Shown: piece after piece, positions 28,808-38,636 of the stretch | How positions within the stretch are numbered: position 1 is the first letter of the stretch | Layout of the letters: every line of letters begins with the position of its first letter | Source of the DNA: a virus | Direction: 5' to 3' (one strand) | DNA length: 64,000 bases | Virus record (IMG/VR): IMGVR_UViG_3300035047_000196 | Translations under genes and position numbers: made by a program | Notes under the pieces: model-generated | Database searches by the model: none | Told to the model about the DNA's origin: nothing | Seen by the model: the letters and a program-made list of their open reading frames with translations, nothing else

Positions 28808-29271
28808 AGACATCAAAGCTACCAAAGAAATTAGAACGAGGACAATACATCATTTCGAAAACGGGGATCGTGGCTAAAGTCATGATCTCATTAAGAAGAG
28901 AATACCGAGTCTTCAACAAGCAAAATTCCAAAGTGGGTTTCAAGATGCGAGGCAATGCCAGACAAGCTCGGGCAAGACTGCAAGATGAATATGGGATCAA
29001 CTACTACAACAAGAAAAGCAGAAAGGGATGGAAGATACAGAGCAGAACTCTGTATCGTCTGCAATACTTGCCAAACGAATATCATCCCAAACAGAGCATG
29101 AAGAGCCACACCCAATTCACCAGAGCAGACCTTATCAAATCTGGATGTCGATTGATTGTGGTAGAAGAAAAGACCCCAAAACGGAAAATCAAAGTCAAAT
29201 CGAAGAAGCGGAAAATCAAAGTCAAATCGAAGAAGCGGAAGATCAAAGTCAAGAAAAGGGGATCCAAATGA
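28804..29271 (+). CDS. Very basic protein with (RKIKVKSKK)x3 tail
   Basis: Probable start MKTSKL at 28804 (ATGA overlap); 27-nt tandem repeat at 29182-29252. Confidence 0.7.
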   Translation: MKTSKLPKKLERGQYIISKTGIVAKVMISLRREYRVFNKQNSKVGFKMRGNARQARARLQDEYGINYYNKKSRKGWKIQSRTLYRLQYLPNEYHPKQSMKSHTQFTRADLIKSGCRLIVVEEKTPKRKIKVKSKKRKIKVKSKKRKIKVKKRGSK

Positions 29272-29576
29272 ACAATGAACTGGCAAATCAAGTCCAAGCG
29301 ATATACAATATCGTAAACCTAGAACCCATTGTGAGCCATGACCAATTGGAACAAACCATAGCCTGTGCGAGCATAAATGACATCGCCAATATGGGGCTTA
29401 TGGGATTCCTTTGGTTCTCAAAACATATGTCCTGGGAACAAGAAATCCGACTCGAACACATAATGAAGTATCTCAATATGGAAATCTCCTTCAAGGAGTA
29501 TCGGCAATTCGCCGGCAGGTGGATTGAAGATCAAGACGAAGGGGAAGAAGGAGCGCTACCATGTGTGTCCTACTAA
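29268..29576 (+). CDS. Hypothetical protein
   Basis: Probable start MNNELA at 29268 overlapping the upstream stop. Confidence 0.6.
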   Translation: MNNELANQVQAIYNIVNLEPIVSHDQLEQTIACASINDIANMGLMGFLWFSKHMSWEQEIRLEHIMKYLNMEISFKEYRQFAGRWIEDQDEGEEGALPCVSY

Positions 29577-29672
29577 TAGTGGTGCTGGCAATATGGCTGT
29601 CCTTCATAGCAGTCATACTGGGAGAGCTTATTTGGGAAGTGATCAAGATTACAAAAACAGGAGAGAGAAGAA

Positions 29673-31631
29673 ATGAGGACAAAAGACAAAGTCGAAGAAA
29701 TCAAAAAACGAATTGATGAAGAGGATGGCTTTGCTATTGCCGCCCTGTTGGAGGTTTACTCCTATCAGACTAACGATGAGCAACAAGCCCACCACACGAT
29801 TGAACAGAACGGAAGAGGATTCAATAGTACTGATGCAGCAATCCTCAGTTCAATTGCCGAGCAGTATATAAAACGGCAAAGTGTCTCGGAACGGCAACTC
29901 GCTGTTGTTAAAAAGTGCCTGAAGAAGTACCACGGCCAGATCCCGAGCACCTTAAGTCCTGTCAACGCAACTATAGGGCGGGGCAAAAAGAAAGATGAAT
30001 CAAAACTCGGCAAGATGGCTGGTATCGTCAATGGGAAAATCAAAATCATCTTCCCTTACGATACAGAAACAGTTGCTGGAGTAAAGAACAGGATCGCAGG
30101 CCGGCGATTCAAAAAGGAAGGAAAGAAGGCATGGTGGGAAGCACCTTTGAGCGTACCCAACACAGAAGCCCTTATCGATATGGGCTTCGAAATCAAAGGC
30201 AAGCTCAAGCGCTGGTATGATGAACAGACTAGTGCACCAGATCCTGTAGATATAGATGGACTGTATGACTTCCAGAAGCTGGGCGTTGGTTTCATTGAAT
30301 CCAGGAACGGAAGAGCCTTAATAGCCGATGAGATGGGGCTAGGGAAGACCGTTCAAGCCCTTGGCTACTGTAAGACCCATCCAGAAAAAAGAACGCCGTC
30401 AGAGCCTTGTTTAGTGGTGTGTCCGGCATCGGTTAAACTGAACTGGGCGAAAGAAGCTAGAAAGTGGATTCCAGATGCCGAGGTAGAAGTTCTGAATGGA
30501 CGTACCCCATATGAAACCGAAGGATCGATCCTCGTGATTAACTACGACATCATGAGCGGATGGATTGAGAAGTTCCAAAGAATGAAAATCGGGATGGTAA
30601 TCCTGGATGAGTGTCACTACATCAAGAATGTCAAAGCAAAGCGAACGAAAGCATGTCTTACCCTATGTGAGCACTCTGACTCAGTCGTGTGCCTGTCGGG
30701 AACCCCAATAACGAACCGCCCAGTGGAATTTTATACAGCACTGCGGGCAATCGACAAAAGGGCATTCCCCTCATTCTGGCAATATGCCAAACGCTTCTGT
30801 GGAGCGACGAGAGGCAGGTTTGGGTGGGACTTCAGTGGAGCAACTCACACAGATGAACTCCACAGCCTGCTTACCAAGACGTTGATGATACGAAGACTCA
30901 AGGAAGATGTACTGACCGATCTTCCAGCAAAGCAACGATCAGTTGTACCAATGGAATTGAGTAAGCAAGGAAAAGCAACATATGAAAAAATCATGTGTGA
31001 CTTTGAGGGCTGGCTCGAGGAGCAGGGAAAGACACCGGAAGAGATTGAACGTACAGCAGCAGCAGAAGCACTGACAAAAATAGAGAAGCTGAAACAGGCT
31101 GCAGTAGAAGCAAAGATGAAATCCTGTATTGAATGGATCCAGGATGAAATCGATGCCGGCGAAAAGCTGGTAGTCTTCGCAACACATATCAAGACTCTTG
31201 ATGAACTGGAGAAAAAGTTTGAAGGAAAAACAGTTCGTCTGGATGGATCCACTGCTCAAAACAAACGGCAGGAAGTTGTGGACAAATTCCAAAACGATTC
31301 CAGCATTCGCCTCTTCCTTGGAAACGTCAAAGCAGCCGGTGTAGGAATTACGCTAACCGCAGCGAGCAATGTGGTTTTCGTAGAGCTTGGCTGGACTCCA
31401 GGAGAGCATATTCAAGCGGAAGATCGAATTCATAGAATCGGACAGGAAGCCGACAGTGTCATGGCCTACTACCTAGTAGCTGATGAAACTATCGAGGGAG
31501 ATATTGCTGAGATGCTGAATGAGAAACAAAAGGTCCTGGATTCCGTACTCGACGGAAAAGGTGGAGAGGCCAGCACTGTGTTGGTTGACTTGCTGGGATC
31601 ATTAATAAAGAAGGAGAAGGGATCAACCTGA
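29673..31631 (+). CDS. SNF2 / SMARCAL1-like helicase
   Basis: IADEMGLGKT, ILDECH, LSGTP, AGVGITLT, QAEDRIHRIGQ. Confidence 0.9.
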   Translation: MRTKDKVEEIKKRIDEEDGFAIAALLEVYSYQTNDEQQAHHTIEQNGRGFNSTDAAILSSIAEQYIKRQSVSERQLAVVKKCLKKYHGQIPSTLSPVNATIGRGKKKDESKLGKMAGIVNGKIKIIFPYDTETVAGVKNRIAGRRFKKEGKKAWWEAPLSVPNTEALIDMGFEIKGKLKRWYDEQTSAPDPVDIDGLYDFQKLGVGFIESRNGRALIADEMGLGKTVQALGYCKTHPEKRTPSEPCLVVCPASVKLNWAKEARKWIPDAEVEVLNGRTPYETEGSILVINYDIMSGWIEKFQRMKIGMVILDECHYIKNVKAKRTKACLTLCEHSDSVVCLSGTPITNRPVEFYTALRAIDKRAFPSFWQYAKRFCGATRGRFGWDFSGATHTDELHSLLTKTLMIRRLKEDVLTDLPAKQRSVVPMELSKQGKATYEKIMCDFEGWLEEQGKTPEEIERTAAAEALTKIEKLKQAAVEAKMKSCIEWIQDEIDAGEKLVVFATHIKTLDELEKKFEGKTVRLDGSTAQNKRQEVVDKFQNDSSIRLFLGNVKAAGVGITLTAASNVVFVELGWTPGEHIQAEDRIHRIGQEADSVMAYYLVADETIEGDIAEMLNEKQKVLDSVLDGKGGEASTVLVDLLGSLIKKEKGST

Positions 31632-31644
31632 CACGGAGGAAATC

Positions 31645-32520
31645 ATGAAAGAAGCATTCGTACCATGCAAGAAATTCTCTGACAAGAGCATAGCCGTTTT
31701 ACACCACGCGAATGAAATCGTGCAGGAGTATATGGCTCAAGGATACCAACTCACACTACGCCAACTCTACTACCAGTTCGTGGCGCGAGGTTTATTTGAG
31801 AACGACGGCCGGAACTACGGTATGCTAGGCCGACTTCTCAATGATGGGCGTATGATGGGTTTAATTGACTGGAAAGCTATCGTAGACAGAACAAGGTTCG
31901 CCCGTATGAACGCCCACTGGCCTGATGCCGCTTCTATCGTGCGTGACGCAGCCCGTCAGTTCAAACTGGATAGGTGGGAAAACCAAGACCATTACGTGGA
32001 AGTGTGGGTCGAAAAGGATGCTCTCATTGATGTAGTCAAGACGGCCTGTACGCCGCTGGATGTGACATGCCTTTCCTGCCGAGGGTACATGTCCGTGAGC
32101 TCTGTATATGAAGCGTCCAAGAGATATCTATTTGCGGGGGATGAAGGCAAATGCTTGTGGCTTTTTCACCTCGGTGACCATGACCCAAGCGGAATAGATA
32201 TGACCCGCGATATCCGAGATAGGCTTGAACAGTTTATCGGAAGCTCTGTCTATGTTAAACGGTTAGGGCTTAACATGGATCAGGTCGAGAAGTACTCACC
32301 ACCGCCGAACCCGACTAAACTCAAGGACACTCGTGCGGAAAACTATGTCAGCCGTTTCGGAAAGACGAGCTGGGAGTTAGATGCTCTTGAACCCAAAGTG
32401 CTGGTCAAGTTAATCAAAGACGCCGTGGAAAAACTGATCGACTGGAATGAATGGGAAGAGCGTGAAAAAGAAGAAGAACTGAGTAAGCAAAAACTGTTGG
32501 ACTTCAGCGAGTCGCTGTAA
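31645..32520 (+). CDS. Topoisomerase VI-A / Spo11-like protein (winged helix + TOPRIM)
   Basis: LTLRQLYY, VWVEKDA, RGY, LGDHDPSG, WELDAL. Confidence 0.7.
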   Translation: MKEAFVPCKKFSDKSIAVLHHANEIVQEYMAQGYQLTLRQLYYQFVARGLFENDGRNYGMLGRLLNDGRMMGLIDWKAIVDRTRFARMNAHWPDAASIVRDAARQFKLDRWENQDHYVEVWVEKDALIDVVKTACTPLDVTCLSCRGYMSVSSVYEASKRYLFAGDEGKCLWLFHLGDHDPSGIDMTRDIRDRLEQFIGSSVYVKRLGLNMDQVEKYSPPPNPTKLKDTRAENYVSRFGKTSWELDALEPKVLVKLIKDAVEKLIDWNEWEEREKEEELSKQKLLDFSESL

Positions 32521-32552
32521 CAACAAGAAAACCAAAATAAGGAGGAAGAATA

Positions 32553-32876
32553 ATGGAGATCAAAGAAGTATTAAGAATGTTGGAACAGATGGAAAAGGAC
32601 ATCAAATCTGGAGATGTGATGGAGATGATGATCAGTGCCAGGGTAGTCTTAGAAGCAGAACCAGGAATGCGTACATATCTGTTTTCTGTAAACCCAGAAG
32701 TAGCAAACGTGCTGGCAATTCTTGCCATTGGCTATCTGTACAAAGTTCTTCCAAAGAACCTGTTTGTTAATATCTTTGACAAACAGAAACAGGAAAAATA
32801 CTCAATGAAAAAAATCAAAGAAATGGGGCTCGGTAAACTATTCGGACTAGACGATGAGAAGGGTGGTCTCGGATGA
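32553..32876 (+). CDS. Hypothetical protein
   Basis: 107-aa ORF with GGAGG RBS. Confidence 0.65.
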   Translation: MEIKEVLRMLEQMEKDIKSGDVMEMMISARVVLEAEPGMRTYLFSVNPEVANVLAILAIGYLYKVLPKNLFVNIFDKQKQEKYSMKKIKEMGLGKLFGLDDEKGGLG

Positions 32877-33016
32877 GTGGAATCAGTGGTGCCATTATGG
32901 CCAAGGTGAACAAGATGGAAAAGGAGCTAGAAGAAATCCGACTCCTTTCCAAACGAGTTGAACAGCTTGAACTCAAGCTCCAAATGAAAAAAGGAGATGA
33001 AAAAGATGAAAACTGA
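32873..33016 (+). CDS. Small coiled-coil protein (47 aa, not in ORF track)
   Basis: Hand translation MSGISGAIMAKVNKMEKELEE...; ATGA overlap. Confidence 0.45.
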   Translation: MSGISGAIMAKVNKMEKELEEIRLLSKRVEQLELKLQMKKGDEKDEN

Positions 33017-33197
33017 AACAAACTTCGCAGTGGAGAAATTCCCGGTGAACCTGCGTCAAAGATACAAAGCAGCGTGCATCAAAAAAGGGGTCACGATGAG
33101 AAATCAACTCATAGCCCTGATTGAGATATGGGTCAATCATCAAGAAAGCAAAAGCATCGACGCAGCTATAAAAAACAGACAGGAGATGAGAGGATGA
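33006..33197 (+). CDS. Ribbon-helix-helix-like DNA-binding protein
   Basis: KFPVNLRQRYKAACIKKGVTMRNQLIALI pattern. Confidence 0.6.
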   Translation: MKTETNFAVEKFPVNLRQRYKAACIKKGVTMRNQLIALIEIWVNHQESKSIDAAIKNRQEMRG

Positions 33198-33766
33198 AGA
33201 TCAGACTATCTAAAGCAAAGACAGAACAACTATGGGATCAATATCAAAACATGGTCTATGAAAGAATCTGGTCATGGAATCGGACAACGGGCTTCGATGT
33301 GTCTGAATTAGAAAGTGAAGCCTATGTCCTATTCATGCGAGCTATCACCAAGTGGGATCGCAAAAGAAACTTTGGGACATTTCTGACAACCGTCCTGAAT
33401 AATGGATTTCTCTTCATGATCAAAAAGGCCATCGAAAAAACTCCCATAGCTACAGATCCGTCCTGCTTGGAATTCATGGCCACTGTCCCTCCGGAACAAT
33501 GCATCCCTTCTGCACAAGAAATATGGATGCAGATTGAGATTCATCTTCATGATGATCCGGTCAGCAGGAACCTCGTTGAAGCCTTGATCAAAGATCCCAA
33601 AAGCCTTGGGCTGGACGGTACTGAATCCTCCGTAGAAGCCAGGGTCAAGCTTCGAAATGGTTTGGAAGCTAAGGGCTTAAAAAGGACGGACTGGTACAGG
33701 ATAAGACGACTCCTTTCAAAAATAATTGCAAAAATTCCGGAAGGGGTTGGTGGCGTATGTGTATAA
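33194..33766 (+). CDS. Sigma70 region-2-like transcription factor
   Basis: ELESEAYVLFMRAITKWD..RNFGTFL..VLNN resembles sigma region 2; probable start 33194. Confidence 0.65.
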   Translation: MKIRLSKAKTEQLWDQYQNMVYERIWSWNRTTGFDVSELESEAYVLFMRAITKWDRKRNFGTFLTTVLNNGFLFMIKKAIEKTPIATDPSCLEFMATVPPEQCIPSAQEIWMQIEIHLHDDPVSRNLVEALIKDPKSLGLDGTESSVEARVKLRNGLEAKGLKRTDWYRIRRLLSKIIAKIPEGVGGVCV

Positions 33767-33770
33767 TATA
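33761..33770 (+). promoter_or_regulatory. Candidate -10 box GTATAATATA
   Basis: Same decamer as at 38582, 46972 and 51583; only 9 nt before the primase ATG. Confidence 0.5.
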
Positions 33771-33778
33771 TTGGAAGC

Positions 33779-34705
33779 ATGCGACAAAGATTCAACTTCA
33801 AACTGATGTGTCAGGCCCTGGGTTTGCCGACAGCTCCTGCAGGGCACAAGCACCATCAAAACGGATGGGTGGGCATTCCCTGCCCATTCTGTTCTGGGCA
33901 GCATGAAGGATTCCATCTTGGCTTCAATGAGCAGAAGCAGTTCTTCAATTGCTATCGATGTGGTTTCCATAAAACTCTGGACGTCATCTCTGCACTAACA
34001 GGAGCAGGGACGAGTGAGGCAAAAAAGCTCCTCCGCAAATACAGCGGAGGAGCTTTTTCTATGTCCAGCCCTACTCGGATAGAACGCAAACATAAGGAAA
34101 GGATCTCGATCGTTAAAAGAGGTGTTTCCTTCCCGCCAGGAACTAATCGCATGCTTCCAAGGCACAAACGCTATCTGGCGTCCAGAGACTTTGATCCAGA
34201 AAAACTAGAAAAAGAATGGGGCCTCATGGGAACTGGACCAATGGGTCCTTATGCTTTGAGAATAATTGCTCCCATCACTTACAAAAGACGTAGAGTATCC
34301 TACCAAGGAAGAGACATAACCAACAGAAGCAAACTAAGATACAAAGCCTGCCCAAAGAAGTCAGAAATAGTAGAACATCAATTCCTTCTGTATGGATATG
34401 ATGAAGCCAAAGCATCAAACAAAGTTGTCATAACAGAAGGCATAACAGACGTTTGGAGATTTGGATATGGAGCGGTAGCTACATTTGGGCAAACGATCAC
34501 AGCAGAGCAGTTTGATCTAATGCTTGAATGGGATGAGTTGTTCATCATGTTTGATGAGGATGCACAAGATCCAGAAGCTATTGGAAGCAAGCTGGCTCTG
34601 CGTGGGAAGAAAGTGGAATGGATAACAGACCTCGGTGTAGATGATCCTGCTCTAGTATCAGATAAAAACGCAGAGGCATTTATGAGGGAAATAGGGATAC
34701 GATGA
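33779..34705 (+). CDS. DNA primase (Zn ribbon + TOPRIM)
   Basis: CPFC..FNCYRC; YQGRDI; ITEGITD; MFDEDA. Confidence 0.85.
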   Translation: MRQRFNFKLMCQALGLPTAPAGHKHHQNGWVGIPCPFCSGQHEGFHLGFNEQKQFFNCYRCGFHKTLDVISALTGAGTSEAKKLLRKYSGGAFSMSSPTRIERKHKERISIVKRGVSFPPGTNRMLPRHKRYLASRDFDPEKLEKEWGLMGTGPMGPYALRIIAPITYKRRRVSYQGRDITNRSKLRYKACPKKSEIVEHQFLLYGYDEAKASNKVVITEGITDVWRFGYGAVATFGQTITAEQFDLMLEWDELFIMFDEDAQDPEAIGSKLALRGKKVEWITDLGVDDPALVSDKNAEAFMREIGIR

Positions 34706-35916
34706 GTAAAAGAAAAAACAGAATCACAGTCAGGAAGAAAGGACAAAGGAACAGAATAAAGGAGAAGGATCGTCGACAAACTCCCATAACAATTCCCTAT
34801 GAAGCTGTCCGTAGAATCCTATCAGAAGGTGAGCCAGAAAAAGAGATGGACAGAGGGCACGCATGGTTGATCTATGCTTTGTATCTGTCTGTGAATAGAT
34901 GGGAAGACAAAGAACATATCACCATTAAAAAGGCAGCGGACATTCTTGGAATTGGTGAACGAGGAGTCCGCAGGGCCAAAGCCTTTTTACTTGAACTTGA
35001 TCTTATAGAAGAAACCATAATAAGAGATGAAGTTTCAGGTAAAGTGATGGGTCATGAAATTGTGGTGATCAAACCGTCCACCCTAGTCAATTGCCACACG
35101 CTGGTTTTTGACAAGGGTGGGTTATATATAAAGAAGAGGAATTCTTATTCCTCTTCTTCTATTAACGGAGATAAGTATATACCCACAACTCCCAAATCTG
35201 CAGAACCATCCAAGAAGTCCAAATCAAGAAAAAAGAAGCTGCCAAGAAAGTACAAAGACCTTGTTGATTGGTTCCATTCAGAGCAATTAAAAAATCATCC
35301 AAAATTAAAACATCTGCAAAATCCATCCAAGGCAAAAGTACGAGCCGCTGCTGAAACAATAGATAAGTTAGTGAGGATAGATGGTTTTGATTTTGAAGAT
35401 GTTGTCAGGCCTGCCATTGAATATGCAACAACAGATTCATTTTGGAAAAACAATGTACGCTCCTTGGCCTCATTGCGAACCAAATCTAAAAGAAATGGAG
35501 AGTCTAAGTTTGTGAACATTTTATATTCAATGGGTTCACATGAAAACAAACAGCAACCCATAGAAGCCACAAAGACAGAAAAGGTTATGTTTGATACTCT
35601 ACGATGTTGGTGGTCCGAAGTCATGGATGAAGAATTGGAATCAAAAAATGGCTTCACTGTAATTGCACCCATGTACGCTTTTTGGAAACAACTACCAGGT
35701 GATAGTAAGTCATCCAGTATTCATAAAGGCAAGGCCAAATACTTTTGGAAAACTCCTATGTTGTTATTGATTGATTATCTCAAATATGTTGAAAAACGAA
35801 CATGGCCTGAAATGAGCCCCTCAGCTATCAAGCCAGAAACCAGAATGTGGAATAGGTTTTTGAGAGAGAAGGAACAAGACTTCGATCTGCCACTAAGAAA
35901 CAGAAAGAGTGCATAA
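34702..35916 (+). CDS. Putative replication initiator / helicase loader with N-terminal HTH
   Basis: TIKKAADILGIGERGVRRAKAFLLELDLI; lies between primase and helicase. Confidence 0.55.
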   Translation: MSKRKNRITVRKKGQRNRIKEKDRRQTPITIPYEAVRRILSEGEPEKEMDRGHAWLIYALYLSVNRWEDKEHITIKKAADILGIGERGVRRAKAFLLELDLIEETIIRDEVSGKVMGHEIVVIKPSTLVNCHTLVFDKGGLYIKKRNSYSSSSINGDKYIPTTPKSAEPSKKSKSRKKKLPRKYKDLVDWFHSEQLKNHPKLKHLQNPSKAKVRAAAETIDKLVRIDGFDFEDVVRPAIEYATTDSFWKNNVRSLASLRTKSKRNGESKFVNILYSMGSHENKQQPIEATKTEKVMFDTLRCWWSEVMDEELESKNGFTVIAPMYAFWKQLPGDSKSSSIHKGKAKYFWKTPMLLLIDYLKYVEKRTWPEMSPSAIKPETRMWNRFLREKEQDFDLPLRNRKSA

Positions 35917-37441
35917 CGTGAAGAGGAAACAGATAGATGGTTCACTGTCGCGCAGGATCTTACAAGCGGCTATTTGGAATGATGGCTATTTGAAATTGGT
36001 TTCTGAGATTTATCGAGATGGAAGTATGTCTGATACGTCTGCAGATGCTCTTATGCGATGGTGTATTCAGCACTACAAAGAATATATGAGAGCTCCAGGA
36101 AAGGCAGTTGAGGATCTGTTTGATTTTGACATGGTTTCTGGTCCTCAAAAGAAGGAACTCACATCTTTGGTTCAGTCTATAATTGAAGAGCATGATGAGC
36201 CGCATGCCGATCTGAATATCAAATACCTAATGAAGAGATCGGCAGAGCTTTTCAGAAGGAACAGACTCAAGAAAACAAGAGACTTGATCGACGCTGGACT
36301 TGAAGATGGAAACATCGATGTTGCTGAAAATGCGGTGGATGCGCATCGATCAACAGAAATAGAAGTCACTACTCCTCCCATCGATTTGTATGTAGAAGAA
36401 GAAGCTCTGAAAGAAGCTTTTGAAGCTGCTCAAGATCCTTTGTTTGAATTTCCTGGACCTTTAGGTGACTTGATAAATGATGAATTCATGCGTGGTAACT
36501 TTCTGGCTTTCATGGGGCCGGAAAAAAGAGGCAAGACATGGTGGCTTCAAGAGATTGGTTTTCAAGCGTACAAGCAAAGAAGGAATGTTGCTTTCTTTGG
36601 TGCCGGCGATATGTCCGCTAGACAGATGCGCATGCGTGGAGCCATTCGTCTATGTGGCAAATCTCATAAGGAGCGATATTGTGGTGAACTTCTCATTCCG
36701 GTATTGGACTGTAAACGTAACAGGACGGGAGATTGCCCCCGTAGCAAAAACAGATCCAGTATATATGTAGAAGATGAAGATGGAGAAGAAACAGAATTAA
36801 CATGGGAAGAGGCACCGGAGGACTACTCTCCATGTGCTCGGTGTAGAAGGAACAAGAATTTTGAAGGTGCTGTTTGGTACAAAAAAAGAAATCCGGTCAA
36901 ACCACTAACTCGCAGGCAAGCTATCCGAGCCAGTAGAAGATTTCAATTTGCAGTCAGGGGCGTGCGTCATCTAACAGAATGCTACCCAAATGATTCTTTG
37001 TCAGCGGTCGATATTGAGACAAGGCTGGACTCATGGGAATATAGATATGGATTTGTGCCTGACGTGGTGATCGTGGATTACGCCGACATTCTAGCTCCTA
37101 TCGATAGAAGCATGCAATACAGGCATCAACAAAATCAAACGTGGCAGAGACTTCGGTCGATAGGACAGAAAAGAGATTGTCTGGTCGTAACAGCCACTCA
37201 AGCCGATGCAGGATCTTACGGCAAGGGCAGACTCGGCTTGTCCAATTTTTCGGACGACAAACGCAAGTATGGGCATGTGACGGGCATGCTCGCATTGAAT
37301 CAAACAGAGCAGGAAAAGATTGCTGGTCTTATGCGTTTGGGTTGGCTGGTACGAAGAGAGGATGATTTTGCAGTTTCGAGGGAAGTGCATGTTCTGCAAT
37401 GCCCTCAAATAGGAAGGCCCGTTCTGGGCAGTTATGTATAA
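35909..37441 (+). CDS. dnaB: DnaB-like (SF4) replicative helicase with Cys-rich insert
   Basis: GPEKRGKT, VVIVDYAD, VTATQ, SNFSDDKRK. Confidence 0.85.
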   Translation: MHNVKRKQIDGSLSRRILQAAIWNDGYLKLVSEIYRDGSMSDTSADALMRWCIQHYKEYMRAPGKAVEDLFDFDMVSGPQKKELTSLVQSIIEEHDEPHADLNIKYLMKRSAELFRRNRLKKTRDLIDAGLEDGNIDVAENAVDAHRSTEIEVTTPPIDLYVEEEALKEAFEAAQDPLFEFPGPLGDLINDEFMRGNFLAFMGPEKRGKTWWLQEIGFQAYKQRRNVAFFGAGDMSARQMRMRGAIRLCGKSHKERYCGELLIPVLDCKRNRTGDCPRSKNRSSIYVEDEDGEETELTWEEAPEDYSPCARCRRNKNFEGAVWYKKRNPVKPLTRRQAIRASRRFQFAVRGVRHLTECYPNDSLSAVDIETRLDSWEYRYGFVPDVVIVDYADILAPIDRSMQYRHQQNQTWQRLRSIGQKRDCLVVTATQADAGSYGKGRLGLSNFSDDKRKYGHVTGMLALNQTEQEKIAGLMRLGWLVRREDDFAVSREVHVLQCPQIGRPVLGSYV

Positions 37442-37461
37442 TGAGAAAGGAGATAAGAGAG

Positions 37462-37899
37462 ATGAGAGGGTACACAATCAGGAAGACATTCAAGTTTGAG
37501 GCGGCTCATTTTCTTGAACACGCATACTCAACAGCCTGCATGTCCGTACATGGTCATTCATATGTTGTTGAGGTATTTGTAAGAGCGGATCAATTGAACA
37601 AAGATGGAATGGTGATAGATTTCGGTCAACTTAAAGACGTTGCCGGCAATCTGATAGATTCATTCGACCATGCTTTGATCATTAAGGAGTCAGAGAAAGA
37701 TCATCCATTGTCCAAGGCAGAGAAGGTTGTTACCATGAAAGAAAATCCGACAGCCGAAAACATGGCCCGACACTTTTTTGAGAAGATTAGATCAAAACTG
37801 ATAGATAATCGGAGTATGGATAACGAACGGCGTGGGCTGCGTCTCGTCAAAGTAAGAGTTCATGAAACCAAAACAGGATGGGCTGAATATGAAGGTTAA
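37462..37899 (+). CDS. queD: 6-carboxy-5,6,7,8-tetrahydropterin synthase
   Basis: FEAAHFL, C..VHGHSY, IDFG, FDHA, PTAENMA, VHET. Confidence 0.92.
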   Translation: MRGYTIRKTFKFEAAHFLEHAYSTACMSVHGHSYVVEVFVRADQLNKDGMVIDFGQLKDVAGNLIDSFDHALIIKESEKDHPLSKAEKVVTMKENPTAENMARHFFEKIRSKLIDNRSMDNERRGLRLVKVRVHETKTGWAEYEG

Positions 37900-38563
37900 T
37901 GAAATTTTCACATCCTTCTCTGGAGAGGTTGGTTTGTTTCCTCAGGGAACAGCGGTTCAGTTTATTCGTTTTCCAGGATGCAACTTGCGTTGTACTTTTT
38001 GCGACACTAAGCAAACTTGGGATTCTGATAATGGAAGTGAATTCAATTTGGAAGAATTGCTTGACCGTCTTGAAGCTTCCTCCTTGCGCAGAGTTGTCAT
38101 AACAGGAGGTGAGCCTCTTTTACAAGGACGTCAACTTGGAGATCTGATAGAGATTCTGATTTCTGTTGGATACAAAATTCAAATCGAAACCAATGGAACC
38201 ATGCTCCCTTCCGGTAAGATCCTGTGTGCCGATTGTTTTGTCTTTGACTATAAGCCATTGTCTTGTGGAATTGAGGAGCATGCTTCAATGATGTCCCCAG
38301 ATATGTTTGCCAAAGCACCCAGTGGCTCTTGGATTAAAGCCCCGTACATGAACAGACATGACCTAGCACAGGCCATAATCTTCATAAAAGAAGTCCTCCA
38401 ATATCGGGACCCAAGTGACTTGAATGTTGCTATTTCTCCTGTGTTTGGAAAAGACGGGTCTTTGCTTTGTGGTTTTGATCCTTTAGGGATGTTGGATTCT
38501 GCCGGTTTGCTAGAACATGTAGTGATGAATATCCAAATCCATAAAATTGGAAATTTTTCATAA
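37889..38563 (+). CDS. queE: 7-carboxy-7-deazaguanine synthase (radical SAM)
   Basis: F.SFSGE, FIRFPGCNLRCTFCDT, ITGGEPL, IETNG, QIHK. Confidence 0.92.
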   Translation: MKVNEIFTSFSGEVGLFPQGTAVQFIRFPGCNLRCTFCDTKQTWDSDNGSEFNLEELLDRLEASSLRRVVITGGEPLLQGRQLGDLIEILISVGYKIQIETNGTMLPSGKILCADCFVFDYKPLSCGIEEHASMMSPDMFAKAPSGSWIKAPYMNRHDLAQAIIFIKEVLQYRDPSDLNVAISPVFGKDGSLLCGFDPLGMLDSAGLLEHVVMNIQIHKIGNFS

Positions 38564-38592
38564 CTCTTGCAGGCCTTGTGAGTATAATATAG
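38555..38592 (+). promoter_or_regulatory. Candidate phage promoter TTTTC..AACTC-N16-TATAATATAG
   Basis: Same elements and spacing as 46944-46982. Confidence 0.6.
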
Positions 38593-38636
38593 TGAACAAA
38601 GGGTGAAAGTCGAACCACAACACATAGGAGGAAGAC

